Source: an uncultured Clostridia bacterium (GTDB lineage: Bacteria; Bacillota; Clostridia; Christensenellales; Borkfalkiaceae). From it: a stretch of DNA of 50,778 bases. Below, in pieces: positions 33,168 through 42,440 of this stretch. Both the position numbers and the translations under genes were made by a program. Every line of letters begins with the position of its first letter. The stretch's first letter is position 1. The notes beneath the pieces were generated by a model. It was not told where the DNA came from. It searched no databases and saw only the letters and a list, made by a program, of their open reading frames with translations. Where the stretch lies: the NCBI GenBank assembly GCA_964459165.1, contig CAYWKM010000001.1, positions 1-50,778 on the forward strand, written 5' to 3'.

Positions 33168-33205
33168 AAGCGCAGGCTTTCACGCCTGCGCTTCCGTTTT
33201 GCTCT
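33168..33205 (+). terminator. Rho-independent terminator
   Basis: 10-bp stem AAGCGCAGGC (33168-33177) / GCCTGCGCTT (33184-33193), then CCGTTTTGCTCTTTT. Confidence 0.75.
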
Positions 33206-33289
33206 TTTCTCTGTGAATAGAAAATCTCTTAAAAGCTGCCGCTCGCGCAGCTTCGCCCTCCCCTAACGGGTCGGTAAAATTCAATCGAC

Positions 33290-33332
33290 AGAAACAAAAA
33301 TACCGCTGCGAATCGACGAGGACCCGCAACGG
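33290..33332 (-). terminator. Terminator of the GH43 gene
   Basis: The minus-strand RNA pairs CCGUUGCG with CGCAGCGG (33325-33332 / 33303-33310, including one G-U pair) and is followed by UAUUUUUGUUU. Confidence 0.5.
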
Positions 33333-33348
33333 CTTTTTTTATTTTTTA

Positions 33349-35457
33349 TTAAGATTGCGTGCTTACGTTGTTCATAAACATCGCGTAACCGTACTGTTGA
33401 CCCATTGCCGTAACGGTGAAACCGAAGCAATCCTGATCGTCGAGCCAAGAAGGCGTTACAACGCCGTAATAGGTATCTCCGCCGGTGATCATTACCTTGA
33501 TGTAATTATCGCCGAACATACTCCAGGTTCCCTCCGCGTCGCCGGAAATCGTGTGATCGGAGTTTAGCTTGACGGATTGAGAATAGCATACGGCGGAACC
33601 AAGCTTTCCTTCCAAACAAATCATCTTAAATTCGTTGTTCTTCGTATAAGCCAAAAGCTCCTCTTCGCTTACGCTTCTGTTCGTTTCGCCGCCGTACCGG
33701 TTGGCGTTGATACAAATATCTCCTTTGCTGTTTAAATAGTATTGATGCGTCTGAACGAGGAAATCAATGCTGGTATGATTTTCGATCCACTTTTGGAAGG
33801 ATTGCGTCCTCGTGATATAGGCGGCGATATTCTTTCCGTTATCCGTCGTGAACAGATCGTTGTGTCCGGGGAGAATAATATCCATATTATATTCGACCAC
33901 TTCGCCGTCCGTCTCCACGCCGTCCGTCCAATCCCGCCAAACAAACGCGCTCATATACTGATTGCCCTTTCTCGTACCCGTACCGTCGTTCCAAATGAAA
34001 TCGCCCTTTACGGAACGATAAATTCCCTCGACGCTCTCGCTTCTGCCGCCCCACATCGCGTAAGCGGTAGCGAGCCCGTCATAAGAATGCATACTGTAAT
34101 AATAGGTGGGAATCGTCTCGGTAATCTCCCCGTTATCGTCGTAAATGTTTACGTTGTCATGACGCGCAATCACGGGAGCCTCCATCGACTGTCTCGAAAT
34201 ATTCTTTCCGTAGAAATCCGTAGACCAGCCGATTTTTTCGCCGTCCTCATCCTCGTCGGTATTTTTGTAATTATTGTAAAGCTCGACCGCCTCGTCGGAA
34301 TAAGCCCTGATCGTCTCATAATCGAGGAATTTTCCATCCTTATACACGCCGTCTTTTCTGAGCCCCGTTTCGGGATTGAGTTCGAGAATGTAATCGCCCG
34401 TTCCAAAGGAACCGTACGCCATATACATCCTTCCGTCCGGCGTATAGATAATTTGGGGATCGATCGAATTGACGTCGAGTCCGCCGCGGGCGTCGGTATA
34501 AATGACGCTCTGCATCAGGATCCCCTTAAACGAAAAGCTTTCCGCTTCCAGCGTATCCGAATAGAAGAGCATAATCGCCGCAGTGGAAAAAGTCGTCTTC
34601 TCGCCGCCTACCGTGAGAGTAACCCCGTCGTCCGTTCCGTCTACGACGCAAGTGTACAGCCAATAGCCGCCGCCGTATGCGGGAACGATATCGGGAGCCC
34701 ACCAGGAAGCCGTCGAAGCGGCCGAACTGATCAGCGCCTTATCTCCGTCGTAAAGCCATTCGTACAAATCGGCGAGGTCGCTTTGTTTGCCGTTCGTCGC
34801 CTTGCCTTGATAAGCCCAATGAATCAGATCGTAGGATTTTCTGATTTCGTTGCCGTCGTTCCAACCGGTGGAGAAAATATAGTATGCCTTTTGCCCGTCT
34901 TCCTCGGTCACTTCGATGAGCGAAGGATCGTGCGTGCCGCCCAAAAGCGCGCCGCTCTGCGAATAATCGGCTGCCGTCATAGAAAATTGATTGTGGGGAT
35001 CTTCTACATAAGCGGGCGCCACGTCAACCGTGACGGTATCGAGCACGTTGCCCGAGCTCGCCAAGAGCGTGAGCGTAACGGTTCCCTCGCTTACCGCCGT
35101 CAACGTCATCGTATCGGCGTCCCACGTAGCGACCTGAGAGACGTCCACCGTCTGATAGTTTCTCTGAATGCTCGCTTTGCCCTTATCGGAATATCCGCCG
35201 GGATAGACGGGCGTGCTGGTCGTCGCGGTTACCTCGATATCGGCGGATACGCCTTCGGCGAGAACCAATTGATATTGCGTGTCCTTTTCCGAAATAAAAC
35301 CGGATTCGTAATTGTCATAGCAAATCGTCGCCCCGTGCGCGCTGGCGACGTAAACGGTTTCCTGCTTTACTTTTTCCTTACAGGCGGAAAGCAGTCCGGC
35401 AGCCGTAACCGTCATCAATGCGGACAAGCCGATAGCCAAAACCTTCGATTTTTTCAT
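33349..35457 (-). CDS. Lipoprotein glycoside hydrolase family 43 (arabinanase-like 5-bladed propeller) with an N-terminal Ig-like domain
   Basis: Lipobox LLSAC. GH43 motifs GGTHDPSLI...YYIFSTG, WWAPDI, IDPQIIY and MEAPVI. Confidence 0.75.
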   Translation of the reverse strand: MKKSKVLAIGLSALMTVTAAGLLSACKEKVKQETVYVASAHGATICYDNYESGFISEKDTQYQLVLAEGVSADIEVTATTSTPVYPGGYSDKGKASIQRNYQTVDVSQVATWDADTMTLTAVSEGTVTLTLLASSGNVLDTVTVDVAPAYVEDPHNQFSMTAADYSQSGALLGGTHDPSLIEVTEEDGQKAYYIFSTGWNDGNEIRKSYDLIHWAYQGKATNGKQSDLADLYEWLYDGDKALISSAASTASWWAPDIVPAYGGGYWLYTCVVDGTDDGVTLTVGGEKTTFSTAAIMLFYSDTLEAESFSFKGILMQSVIYTDARGGLDVNSIDPQIIYTPDGRMYMAYGSFGTGDYILELNPETGLRKDGVYKDGKFLDYETIRAYSDEAVELYNNYKNTDEDEDGEKIGWSTDFYGKNISRQSMEAPVIARHDNVNIYDDNGEITETIPTYYYSMHSYDGLATAYAMWGGRSESVEGIYRSVKGDFIWNDGTGTRKGNQYMSAFVWRDWTDGVETDGEVVEYNMDIILPGHNDLFTTDNGKNIAAYITRTQSFQKWIENHTSIDFLVQTHQYYLNSKGDICINANRYGGETNRSVSEEELLAYTKNNEFKMICLEGKLGSAVCYSQSVKLNSDHTISGDAEGTWSMFGDNYIKVMITGGDTYYGVVTPSWLDDQDCFGFTVTAMGQQYGYAMFMNNVSTQS

Positions 35458-35666
35458 AAAGTTTTCCCCTTTATAAAATATTTTTTATTATTCTAACATA
35501 AAATTCCCTTATTTGCAATACAATTTTTCCATTTTTTATCAAATTTTTCATATTCGCGTCTCGATAGAAAATCAAAAAAGCGCAAATCGGATTCAAGCTT
35601 TTCGACCATTGGAAAGAAATCCGCGAAAAGCCCCCTTCCGCTTCCGTATTTTTCGCCTTGTTCCCG

Positions 35667-35698
35667 ATAAAAAAAGGCCCGGAAGGATTTCCGGACCC
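35667..35698 (-). terminator. Rho-independent terminator of the small membrane protein gene
   Basis: The minus-strand RNA reads GGUCCGGAA-AUCC-UUCCGGGCC followed by UUUUUUUAUC. Confidence 0.75.
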
Positions 35699-35722
35699 CA
35701 GACTTTTCGTCTATGTTGATCA

Positions 35723-35971
35723 TTACGCTACAAAGAAACTGATTTTTCCGCTGAGAACCGTCGTAATGAGATCGACGACCCACGCAATGGTATTGCCGAT
35801 ACCGGTGATAAGGACGAGAATTCCCACGACCAAGGTGACGACGTTCCTGTCTTCGACGAATCTGACGATTCTGTATACGCCGCCGATCAACCATCCGAGA
35901 AAAATCTGGAGAAGAACCTTGGCGATATAGGGAAGAGCGTCGTATTGTCCGGTATAAGGTTTGTTTGCCAT
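35723..35971 (-). CDS. Small (82 aa) two-TM membrane protein of unknown function
   Basis: Two hydrophobic helices and an AAGGAG Shine-Dalgarno. It has its own promoter and terminator. Confidence 0.6.
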   Translation of the reverse strand: MANKPYTGQYDALPYIAKVLLQIFLGWLIGGVYRIVRFVEDRNVVTLVVGILVLITGIGNTIAWVVDLITTVLSGKISFFVA

Positions 35972-36063
35972 AATATGATATCTCCTTGCATTATTTTTTT
36001 ATAAGAAAACCGCCGACTTCCGCAAAACGAGAAAAGCCGCTCGCTTTCTCATAATTTTATACG

Positions 36064-36092
36064 ATTATATCATAACAAAACGAAATACTCAA
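36064..36092 (-). promoter_or_regulatory. Sigma-A promoter of the small membrane protein gene
   Basis: On the minus strand: TTGAGT (36092-36087), 17 nt, TGA-TATAAT (TATAAT = 36069-36064). Confidence 0.6.
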
Positions 36093-36272
36093 TACTTTTT
36101 TCGATATTTTTTATTTCTCCCTTCTTTTTTCCGATTTCCTCACGCCTTTTTCGCACCCGTGATCGGACGGAGCGTAGAAGACCTCTCCTTATCGCCGTAG
36201 GAAATATCCTTCCAATAGGGGGAATCTCATCGCCGCGCGTTTGGAGCCGAAAAAAATCAAACAACCCCGTAC

Positions 36273-37073
36273 TTATCCCTTTTTCCCGAGCAAACGCCCG
36301 ATCCTTTCACGGCTCTCTCGCCCGCTTTCATACCCGCGCTCATATGCGAGCGCGAAGCTTTTCAGCGAATACTGACTGATATCTCCCAAAGAGGGCTCGA
36401 TCCATAAATGATAGCTCTCTTTTCTCTTTTCCTTTAAAAGAGCCGTCTGCCCCGCGTCCATCACGTCGATCGCCCGCAGGAGCGCCTCGACCGTATTTTG
36501 GGGCGGTTCCTTTATTTCGGATAGCGTCGCGAGAACGTCCACCGCCACAATGATATCGGCGTCCCCCTCCAAGAGAGCGACGGGTACGCGATCGACGACG
36601 CCGCCGTCCGCCAGCAACTCCCCTTGATCCGTCAGAACGGGCTGAAAGATCGCCGGCATGGCGCAGGAAGCCGCGACCGCGTCCGCGACGAATCCGCGTT
36701 CGAATACGCGGCTCTTCCCCTTTAATAAATCGGCGGCGACGCACCGAAAGGGAACTTTCAGTTCGTCGAAGGTGAGACAGCCGAGGTATTTTTTTAGAAG
36801 CTCCCTCAATTTGTCCGTACGGAAGAAGCCGCTGCTTTTCCACAGGCGGAAATCGGGAGAGATAAAGTCGGTCAATTTTAACGAAAAGACGATATCCTTC
36901 AATTCCGCCATGCGAACGCCCGCCGCATACGCCGCTCCGACGACCGCGCCCATGGAGCATCCCGCGACGCAGTCGGGAAAAATCCCCTCCTCCTCCAACG
37001 CCTGCAAAAAACCGATGTGCGCCGCGCCGCGCGCGCCTCCCGCCCCGAGACAGACGCCTAATCTTTTACTCAT
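36273..37073 (-). CDS. Patatin-like phospholipase (YlbK-like)
   Basis: Start at ATG 37073 (MSKRLGVCLGAGGARGAAHIG), with a GGAGGA Shine-Dalgarno. Oxyanion motif GAGGARG, nucleophile motif GCSMG (GxSxG) and Asp motif ADGGV. The longer ORF up to 37337 overlaps the divergent ylbJ start. Confidence 0.85.
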   Translation of the reverse strand: MSKRLGVCLGAGGARGAAHIGFLQALEEEGIFPDCVAGCSMGAVVGAAYAAGVRMAELKDIVFSLKLTDFISPDFRLWKSSGFFRTDKLRELLKKYLGCLTFDELKVPFRCVAADLLKGKSRVFERGFVADAVAASCAMPAIFQPVLTDQGELLADGGVVDRVPVALLEGDADIIVAVDVLATLSEIKEPPQNTVEALLRAIDVMDAGQTALLKEKRKESYHLWIEPSLGDISQYSLKSFALAYERGYESGRESRERIGRLLGKKG

Positions 37074-37104
37074 AAATCCTCCTTTCCCCGTCATATATTG
37101 CGAT

Positions 37105-38079
37105 ATGAAAACAAAACTTTTTCGAAGAATCCCGCGTATCTCGCTGTTCCTTCTGTTCATTATTATTTCCCTTTTGCTGATAACGATACCGGAAAGATAT
37201 ATCGAAGAATGTCGTACGGGAATTTCCCTCTGGGCGGTCTGCGTCCTGCCCGCGACTTTTCCCTTTTTATTTATCACCGCGCTCTTAACGCGTCTCGGAT
37301 ACGTAAATAAACTTTCCTCTCTGCTTGCGCCCCTCACGAAAAGGCTGTTTCGCTTGTCGGGCGTTTCCGGCTATGTGCTCGTCATGAGCATGATCTCCGG
37401 ATATCCCGTAGGCGCGAAAATTTTATGCGATTTGAGGGAAGGGGACCTCCTCTCTCCCGCCGAAGCGGAAAAAATGAGCGTAATCGCCTCCACCTCCGGT
37501 CCGCTCTTTATCATAGGAAGCGTGGGAAACAATATGTTCCGCAGCTTCAAAGCGGGCGTCTTTATCTTACTCGCCCATTTCCTCGCAACCGTCCTTACGG
37601 GCGTATTTTTCCGCGGCGTTCCCTGCCCCTCCGGCTTCGATCGCCTGCGCCCGCCGAAGCGGGAGGACGACGTCCTCTATGCGAGCATGTATTCCTCCGT
37701 CGTTTCCGTTTTATGCGTGGGGGGATTTATCGTCGTCTTTTACGTCCTTTCCTGCATGACGAGCGATCTTCGCGTCCTCGCCCCCTTCGCCTTTCTGCTC
37801 GAAAAAATACCCCCTTTTCAAGGGCTCGGCGACGCTTTTTGCCGCGGTCTCATCGAAATGACGGGCGGATGCAAAGCTTTGAGCGCGTCTCCGTCCGCCT
37901 ATTCCGCCGCCCTCTGCGCCTTTTTGATCACGCTCGGCGGATGCAGCATTCTCATGCAGCAGATCGCCTATTTCAAAAAAGCGAGAATAAAGATTCGACT
38001 CTTTATTCTCGCAAAATTGATACAAGCCGCGCTTTCCTTCGTCTTTTGCCTCGCGCTTTGCCTGATCTTCGGCTTCTAA
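37105..38079 (+). CDS. ylbJ: Sporulation integral membrane protein YlbJ (nucleoside-recognition/Gate-domain family)
   Basis: Start at ATG 37105 (MKTKLFRRIP...). Motifs ISGYPVGAKIL and STSGPLFIIGSVG. The upstream part of the 473-aa ORF is antisense to the patatin gene. Confidence 0.7.
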   Translation: MKTKLFRRIPRISLFLLFIIISLLLITIPERYIEECRTGISLWAVCVLPATFPFLFITALLTRLGYVNKLSSLLAPLTKRLFRLSGVSGYVLVMSMISGYPVGAKILCDLREGDLLSPAEAEKMSVIASTSGPLFIIGSVGNNMFRSFKAGVFILLAHFLATVLTGVFFRGVPCPSGFDRLRPPKREDDVLYASMYSSVVSVLCVGGFIVVFYVLSCMTSDLRVLAPFAFLLEKIPPFQGLGDAFCRGLIEMTGGCKALSASPSAYSAALCAFLITLGGCSILMQQIAYFKKARIKIRLFILAKLIQAALSFVFCLALCLIFGF

Positions 38080-38095
38080 AAAGCGGAGAATCCGC

Positions 38096-38893
38096 TTAAT
38101 ATGCGCCCAAAATTTTAAAGGAGCTGCACTCCGAACGAATATCTTCGATCGCCTTCTTTACCTTCCAATCGGAATAATCTCCTTCGAATTCGATAAAAAA
38201 GCTGTATTCCCCCGGGCTCGTCCGTATGGGACGACTCTCGATCTTCGTCATATTCAGATCGTATACATAGATCACCTGCAAAAGCTTTAAGAGCGCGCCC
38301 GGACGGTGACGGCAGCTGGCGTGAAAAAATACTCTCTTCGTATGCTCGGCGATGTTCTCCTTTCCCCGTTTCAAAAGAAGAAAATGCGTAAAATTGCTCG
38401 CTTCGTTGGAAATGCTCTTTTCCGATAAAACGATTCCCTCCCTTTTGACGTGCGAGCCGACGATGCCCGCGCACGTTTCGTCGACGATCTTTTCAAGGCC
38501 TTCCGCCGTGGAATCGACCGCCTCCCGTTTCGCGTTCGGAAGATATTCGTTTAAGAAATCCGAGCACTGTCCGAGCGCCTGCGGATGGGAATAGACCGTT
38601 CGGATCTTATCGAGCGAAGATCCGCTCAAATAAGCGAGCCGATGCTCGATCTTCAAAACATACTCCTTCACGGCGTATAAATCCTCCGTCCTTTGCAGGA
38701 GATCGAGATTTTGCAGAACGCCTCCCTGAATGCTGTTTTCAATGGGAAGAACGACCGCGTCCGATTCCCCCTTACAAAGGCTGGCGATCGCCTGTAAAAA
38801 GGTGGAACAGGGAACGATCTCCGCCTCGGGGGATAATTCGCGCGCCGCAAGGCAGGAATAACTGCCGTCGGGACCTAAACAGGAAACTTTCAT
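38096..38893 (-). CDS. pheA: Prephenate dehydratase with a C-terminal ACT domain
   Basis: MKVSCLGPDGSYS..., TKIESRPIRTSPGEYSFFIEFEG (ESRP motif). ATG 38893 is preferred over the TTG at 38926. Confidence 0.85.
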   Translation of the reverse strand: MKVSCLGPDGSYSCLAARELSPEAEIVPCSTFLQAIASLCKGESDAVVLPIENSIQGGVLQNLDLLQRTEDLYAVKEYVLKIEHRLAYLSGSSLDKIRTVYSHPQALGQCSDFLNEYLPNAKREAVDSTAEGLEKIVDETCAGIVGSHVKREGIVLSEKSISNEASNFTHFLLLKRGKENIAEHTKRVFFHASCRHRPGALLKLLQVIYVYDLNMTKIESRPIRTSPGEYSFFIEFEGDYSDWKVKKAIEDIRSECSSFKILGAY

Positions 38894-38950
38894 CGTGAGA
38901 ATTCCGACCTCCTTCTCCTCTTTCAAAATTTTTTCCGAATAAAAAATTGC

Positions 38951-39988
38951 TTATACCTTTTCCGCGATATCCAAAATCAGCCTTTCGGTATCCTCCCAGC
39001 CGAGGCAAGGATCGGTGATCGATTTGCCGTAAACTTCGTCTCTCGGCTGACAGCCCTCTACGAGAAAGCTCTCGATCATGAAGCCCTTGACGATCCTTTT
39101 GAAATCGGCGTCGTAAAGACGGTTCTGCAAAACCTCCTCCACGATACGGATCTGCTGCTTGAATTTTTTGTTTGAATTGGAATGATTGCTGTCTATAATG
39201 ATGGCGGGATTGCTTAGTATATCGCTCGACTTCGCGTAATGCTCGTAAACCTTCATGACGGTTTCGTAATGGAAATTGGGAATATCGTTTCCGTAGGAAT
39301 CCACTCTTCCCCTCAGCACGACGTGCGTATAGGGATTGCCCGTCGTTTTCACCTGATAGTGATTGTATTTGAACACCTGTCTGCTCTGCGCCGCAAAGAC
39401 GGAATTCATCAACACGGGAATGCTTCCGCCCATAGGGTTCTTCATGCCGACGGGAACGTCGATGCCCGAAGCGACGAGACGATGAAATTGATTTTCGCTC
39501 GACCTTGCGCCGACGGCGACGTAAGAGAGCAGATCCTCTACGTAAGGATAATTTTCGGGGTAGAGCATCTCGTCCGCGGCGGTCAGTCCGGACGCGTGAA
39601 TCGCGTCGATATGCAGCTGGCGAATGACCATCAGTCCCTTTAAAATATCTTCTTCGCCGTTCGGATCGGGCTGAGAAAACATCCCCTTATATCCGACGCC
39701 CTTGGTGCGCGGCTTATTGGTGTAAATTCTCGGAACGATGACGATTTTATCCTTTACCTTTTCGTTGAGCTTGCCGAGACGCTCGATATATTCGAGGACG
39801 GGAGCGGGCTCGTGCGCCGAACAGGGACCTATGATGAGGAGAAGCTTATCGACCGAACCGTCGATGACGGCTTTCACCAAAGCGTCCCTCTCCCGCTTAA
39901 TCTTTTTCGCTTCCGCAGAGAGAGGTCTCTGCTGCAAGATATATTCCGGCTCCGGAATAAGAATTTGTTTTTCAAACATAATCGCCAT
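38951..39988 (-). CDS. aroF: 3-deoxy-7-phosphoheptulonate (DAHP) synthase, class I
   Basis: IIGPCSAHE and NKPRTKGVGYKGM motifs. About 345 aa. The alternative start ATG 39979 has better Shine-Dalgarno spacing. Confidence 0.85.
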   Translation of the reverse strand: MAIMFEKQILIPEPEYILQQRPLSAEAKKIKRERDALVKAVIDGSVDKLLLIIGPCSAHEPAPVLEYIERLGKLNEKVKDKIVIVPRIYTNKPRTKGVGYKGMFSQPDPNGEEDILKGLMVIRQLHIDAIHASGLTAADEMLYPENYPYVEDLLSYVAVGARSSENQFHRLVASGIDVPVGMKNPMGGSIPVLMNSVFAAQSRQVFKYNHYQVKTTGNPYTHVVLRGRVDSYGNDIPNFHYETVMKVYEHYAKSSDILSNPAIIIDSNHSNSNKKFKQQIRIVEEVLQNRLYDADFKRIVKGFMIESFLVEGCQPRDEVYGKSITDPCLGWEDTERLILDIAEKV

Positions 39989-40667
39989 CCTTTGTTTTCT
40001 GTAAAAATTTTTCGACGATGTAATCTTTTACTTTCGGCGAAACATAGCCGTCGATGGGCTTGCCGAACAGCAATGAATTTTTGACCGTGGAAGAGCTGAT
40101 GTGCAAATATTCCTGACGGCAGGGAAGATAGATTTCAATCAGATCCCCGTAAAGCCGTTTGCTGGCGTAAAAATCGGAATTTTCGTAATCGAAATCGATG
40201 GCGTTGCGCAAGCCTCTCACGTAAAAGGGAACGCCTTCCTTTTGGAGCAAATCCACTGCGATTCCCTCCCAGCTCAGCGTCCTGACGCGCTTATTTCCGC
40301 CGTAAAGCCTATCGATGATTTCCATTCTTTCGTCGATCGTAAACATAGGCTTCTTGCTTTTATTGATCATGACGGCGACGACGACCTCGTCGAAAATTTT
40401 TAACGCCTCGTTTACCGTCTGCTCGTGTCCGAGCGTAAAGGGGTCGAACGTACCCGCAAACACGCACTTCTTCCTTGTATCCTTCCCTCCGAGAAGGTAA
40501 TCCGTCGAGACGGAGTAATATTCGGAAAGCTTAAGAAGGGAAGTCGCGTCGAGTTCCCTTTTGCCCGACTCGTAATAAGAGACGGCAGACGACGTAACGC
40601 CTAAAACGGAGGCGACCTCCTGCTGCGTTTTGCCGAACTTTATTCTCAATTCTTTTAATCTGTTCAT
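39972..40667 (-). CDS. coaD: Fusion protein: N-terminal XRE-type HTH domain + phosphopantetheine adenylyltransferase (CoaD)
   Basis: Residues 1 to about 65 read LKELRIKFGKTQQEVASVLGVTSSAVSYYESGKRELDATSLLKLSEYYSVSTDYLLG, which is an HTH_3/XRE fold. The remainder is CoaD: AGTFDPFTLGHE (T/HxGH), INKSKKPMFT, VRGLRNAIDFDYE and ISSSTVK. Confidence 0.85.
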   Translation of the reverse strand: MNRLKELRIKFGKTQQEVASVLGVTSSAVSYYESGKRELDATSLLKLSEYYSVSTDYLLGGKDTRKKCVFAGTFDPFTLGHEQTVNEALKIFDEVVVAVMINKSKKPMFTIDERMEIIDRLYGGNKRVRTLSWEGIAVDLLQKEGVPFYVRGLRNAIDFDYENSDFYASKRLYGDLIEIYLPCRQEYLHISSSTVKNSLLFGKPIDGYVSPKVKDYIVEKFLQKTKDGDYV

Positions 40668-41206
40668 ATATGCTTTATCTTTCTGAAAAAACTCAAATAG
40701 GTCTTTCCGTATCCCCTCGCGTCGAAACGTTCCAAGCCCTCTATCCTCTCCTCTATGAGACGATCCTTTTCACAGACGGCGACGCCGCCGTCGGACAAGA
40801 GTCCCCTCCGAGCGATTTTTTCGAGCGCGGAAGCCTCCAACGCCTCCTTATAGGGAGGATCGAGAAAAATAATATCAAACGTTCCGCTCACTCTGTCGAG
40901 AGCCGACATATAATCGTAATTTAAAATTTCCTGTCCTTCGATTTTCAGCGCCCGCAGGTTCCTTTTTAAAATTTCGACGCTCGCTTTCGCCGAATCGTTG
41001 AAGACGACTTCCTTCGCCCCGCGGCTGAGCGCCTCGATTCCCAAATTTCCGCTGCCGCAGAACAAATCGAGGACGCGGCTGCCGTATATCCGCGGCGATA
41101 AAATGCCGAACAACGATTCCTTCACCCGATCGGAAGTGGGGCGCAGGCCTTCGCTGTCAAATCCGACGAGAACGCGGCTTCTGTATTTACCGGCGATAAT
41201 TCTCAT
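40664..41206 (-). CDS. rsmD: 16S rRNA (guanine966-N2)-methyltransferase
   Basis: SAM motif DLFCGSGNLGIEALSRGA and FLDPPY. The rsmD-coaD order is conserved. Confidence 0.85.
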   Translation of the reverse strand: MRIIAGKYRSRVLVGFDSEGLRPTSDRVKESLFGILSPRIYGSRVLDLFCGSGNLGIEALSRGAKEVVFNDSAKASVEILKRNLRALKIEGQEILNYDYMSALDRVSGTFDIIFLDPPYKEALEASALEKIARRGLLSDGGVAVCEKDRLIEERIEGLERFDARGYGKTYLSFFRKIKHI

Positions 41207-41209
41207 CGT

Positions 41210-41887
41210 TCAATACCTGTTTTCCCGTTCTCTCTTCTTCTTCGCGCGGTTGGATTCCTTTCCGGCGTTCTTGATTGCTTCCATTCTGGATTCCTTTGCC
41301 AAAGCGTCGTTTCGTTCCTTCCTCGCCCCGAGGAGATAACTAATTCCCGTCACGCAGATGGGAAGAACGCAGCTTGCCAACGAAAAATACAGACTGATTT
41401 CGCCCTCGATCAATTCCCACGGAATAATCGCCCAGCCGCTGATCAGGAGGAGCGCCAATTTTCCGTAATACGCCGCATCCGAGACCGTCGTGTCGAATCC
41501 GCCGATGACGTAAATGAGGCAGATGGCGACGACGGGAATGCAGATGCACGCGCCGATGATAAAGCCTTTATACCGGCGGTATTCCATCTCGTAACGGTAG
41601 GACTTCTTGTCCTTGTTGGAAAAGGTCTCCATATTGTTTCTTCTTCTGATATTGCCGGTCATGAGCATCTGATAATGCTTTTTCCCCACGGCGAACGAAA
41701 GATCCGCGTCGAGCACGACGGCGAGAAGGATGCACCCCGCAATGAGTATGACCTGCAAGGCGTAAACGCTGATGCTTAAACACGCGACCGCAACCATGCT
41801 GCACATAAGATACATCAAAAAGGGCGTCACCGCTCTCCTTAAACATTCGCGCGCGACACGCCAAAAAAGGATCCATTTATTTTTCAT
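41210..41887 (-). CDS. Membrane protein of unknown function with a basic C-terminal tail
   Basis: 225 aa with 4-5 hydrophobic helices and the C-terminus KESNRAKKKRERENRY. Confidence 0.55.
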   Translation of the reverse strand: MKNKWILFWRVARECLRRAVTPFLMYLMCSMVAVACLSISVYALQVILIAGCILLAVVLDADLSFAVGKKHYQMLMTGNIRRRNNMETFSNKDKKSYRYEMEYRRYKGFIIGACICIPVVAICLIYVIGGFDTTVSDAAYYGKLALLLISGWAIIPWELIEGEISLYFSLASCVLPICVTGISYLLGARKERNDALAKESRMEAIKNAGKESNRAKKKRERENRY

Positions 41888-41906
41888 AACTTCCTCCGTT
41901 TTTTCG

Positions 41907-42440
41907 TTAAATTTTTATCGTCCGTTTATCCGTAACGATATATTGTACTTTTACGTCAAGGGGTTCGTTCTCCACCCGCTCAATCACCTGAAAATCGTAA
42001 CAATAGCCGATTCGCAGACAAGCGTTCTCCCTTAAAAATTTGTCGTAATAGCCTCCGCCGTAGCCGAGGCGGTTTCCTTCCTTGTCCACCGCCAGAAGCG
42101 GAAGAACGCACACGTCGATCTTCCCCCGATATCTTTCCCCGACGGGTTCCTCTATCCCGTACGCGCCGATCGAAAACCTTCCGGAAACCTTTACGGGATA
42201 CATATTTCCTTCCTCCGTCTTGGGAAGATAAACGTCCTTTCCCCGTTCCGACAGATAGGCTATCAGCTTTTTCGTCCCCGCTTCGCCGCCGAAGCTGTTG
42301 TAGATGAAATAGGAATGAAAGCGAGCGAAGCCGCCTGCTATAAAACGGGAAAGCAGCTCCTCTTCCCGCCGATCGGAGGCGGGGATCTTCGCGCGAAGCC
42401 GCTTCATTTCCCTTCTGAGAAGTTCCTTCCTTTCATTCAT
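41907..42440 (-). CDS. 5-formyltetrahydrofolate cyclo-ligase
   Basis: About 177 aa, with an N-terminal KxxLRxxxxxxR segment and the GYGGGYYDKFL motif. Confidence 0.8.
   Translation of the reverse strand: MNERKELLRREMKRLRAKIPASDRREEELLSRFIAGGFARFHSYFIYNSFGGEAGTKKLIAYLSERGKDVYLPKTEEGNMYPVKVSGRFSIGAYGIEEPVGERYRGKIDVCVLPLLAVDKEGNRLGYGGGYYDKFLRENACLRIGYCYDFQVIERVENEPLDVKVQYIVTDKRTIKI

Noticed and set aside
19089-33348. Search for att-like direct repeats, tRNA targets or an integrase delimiting the accessory region
   Set aside because: I found no convincing direct repeats between the candidate boundaries (19089-19151, 21002-21171, 29039-29091, 33160-33348), no tRNA and no recombinase gene. A manual comparison cannot exclude short repeats.
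33742-35496. A 584-aa plus-strand ORF covering almost the whole GH43 gene in antisense
   Set aside because: It is Arg-rich and low-complexity with no motifs, Shine-Dalgarno or promoter. The minus-strand frame carries clear GH43 motifs, a lipobox, a promoter region and a terminator. It is a classic shadow ORF caused by codon bias.
36093-36272. A 180-bp spacer after the patatin gene, examined for a riboswitch or terminator
   Set aside because: It lies upstream of the mapped-by-eye promoter of the next gene, so it would not be in that leader. I found no conserved riboswitch core or strong hairpin.
36658-37337. Long N-terminal extensions of the ylbJ ORF (from 36658) and the patatin ORF (up to 37337) that overlap each other in antisense
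   Set aside because: The internal ATGs 37105 and 37073 start recognisable protein N-termini. The patatin start has a GGAGGA Shine-Dalgarno. The extensions are compositionally abnormal.
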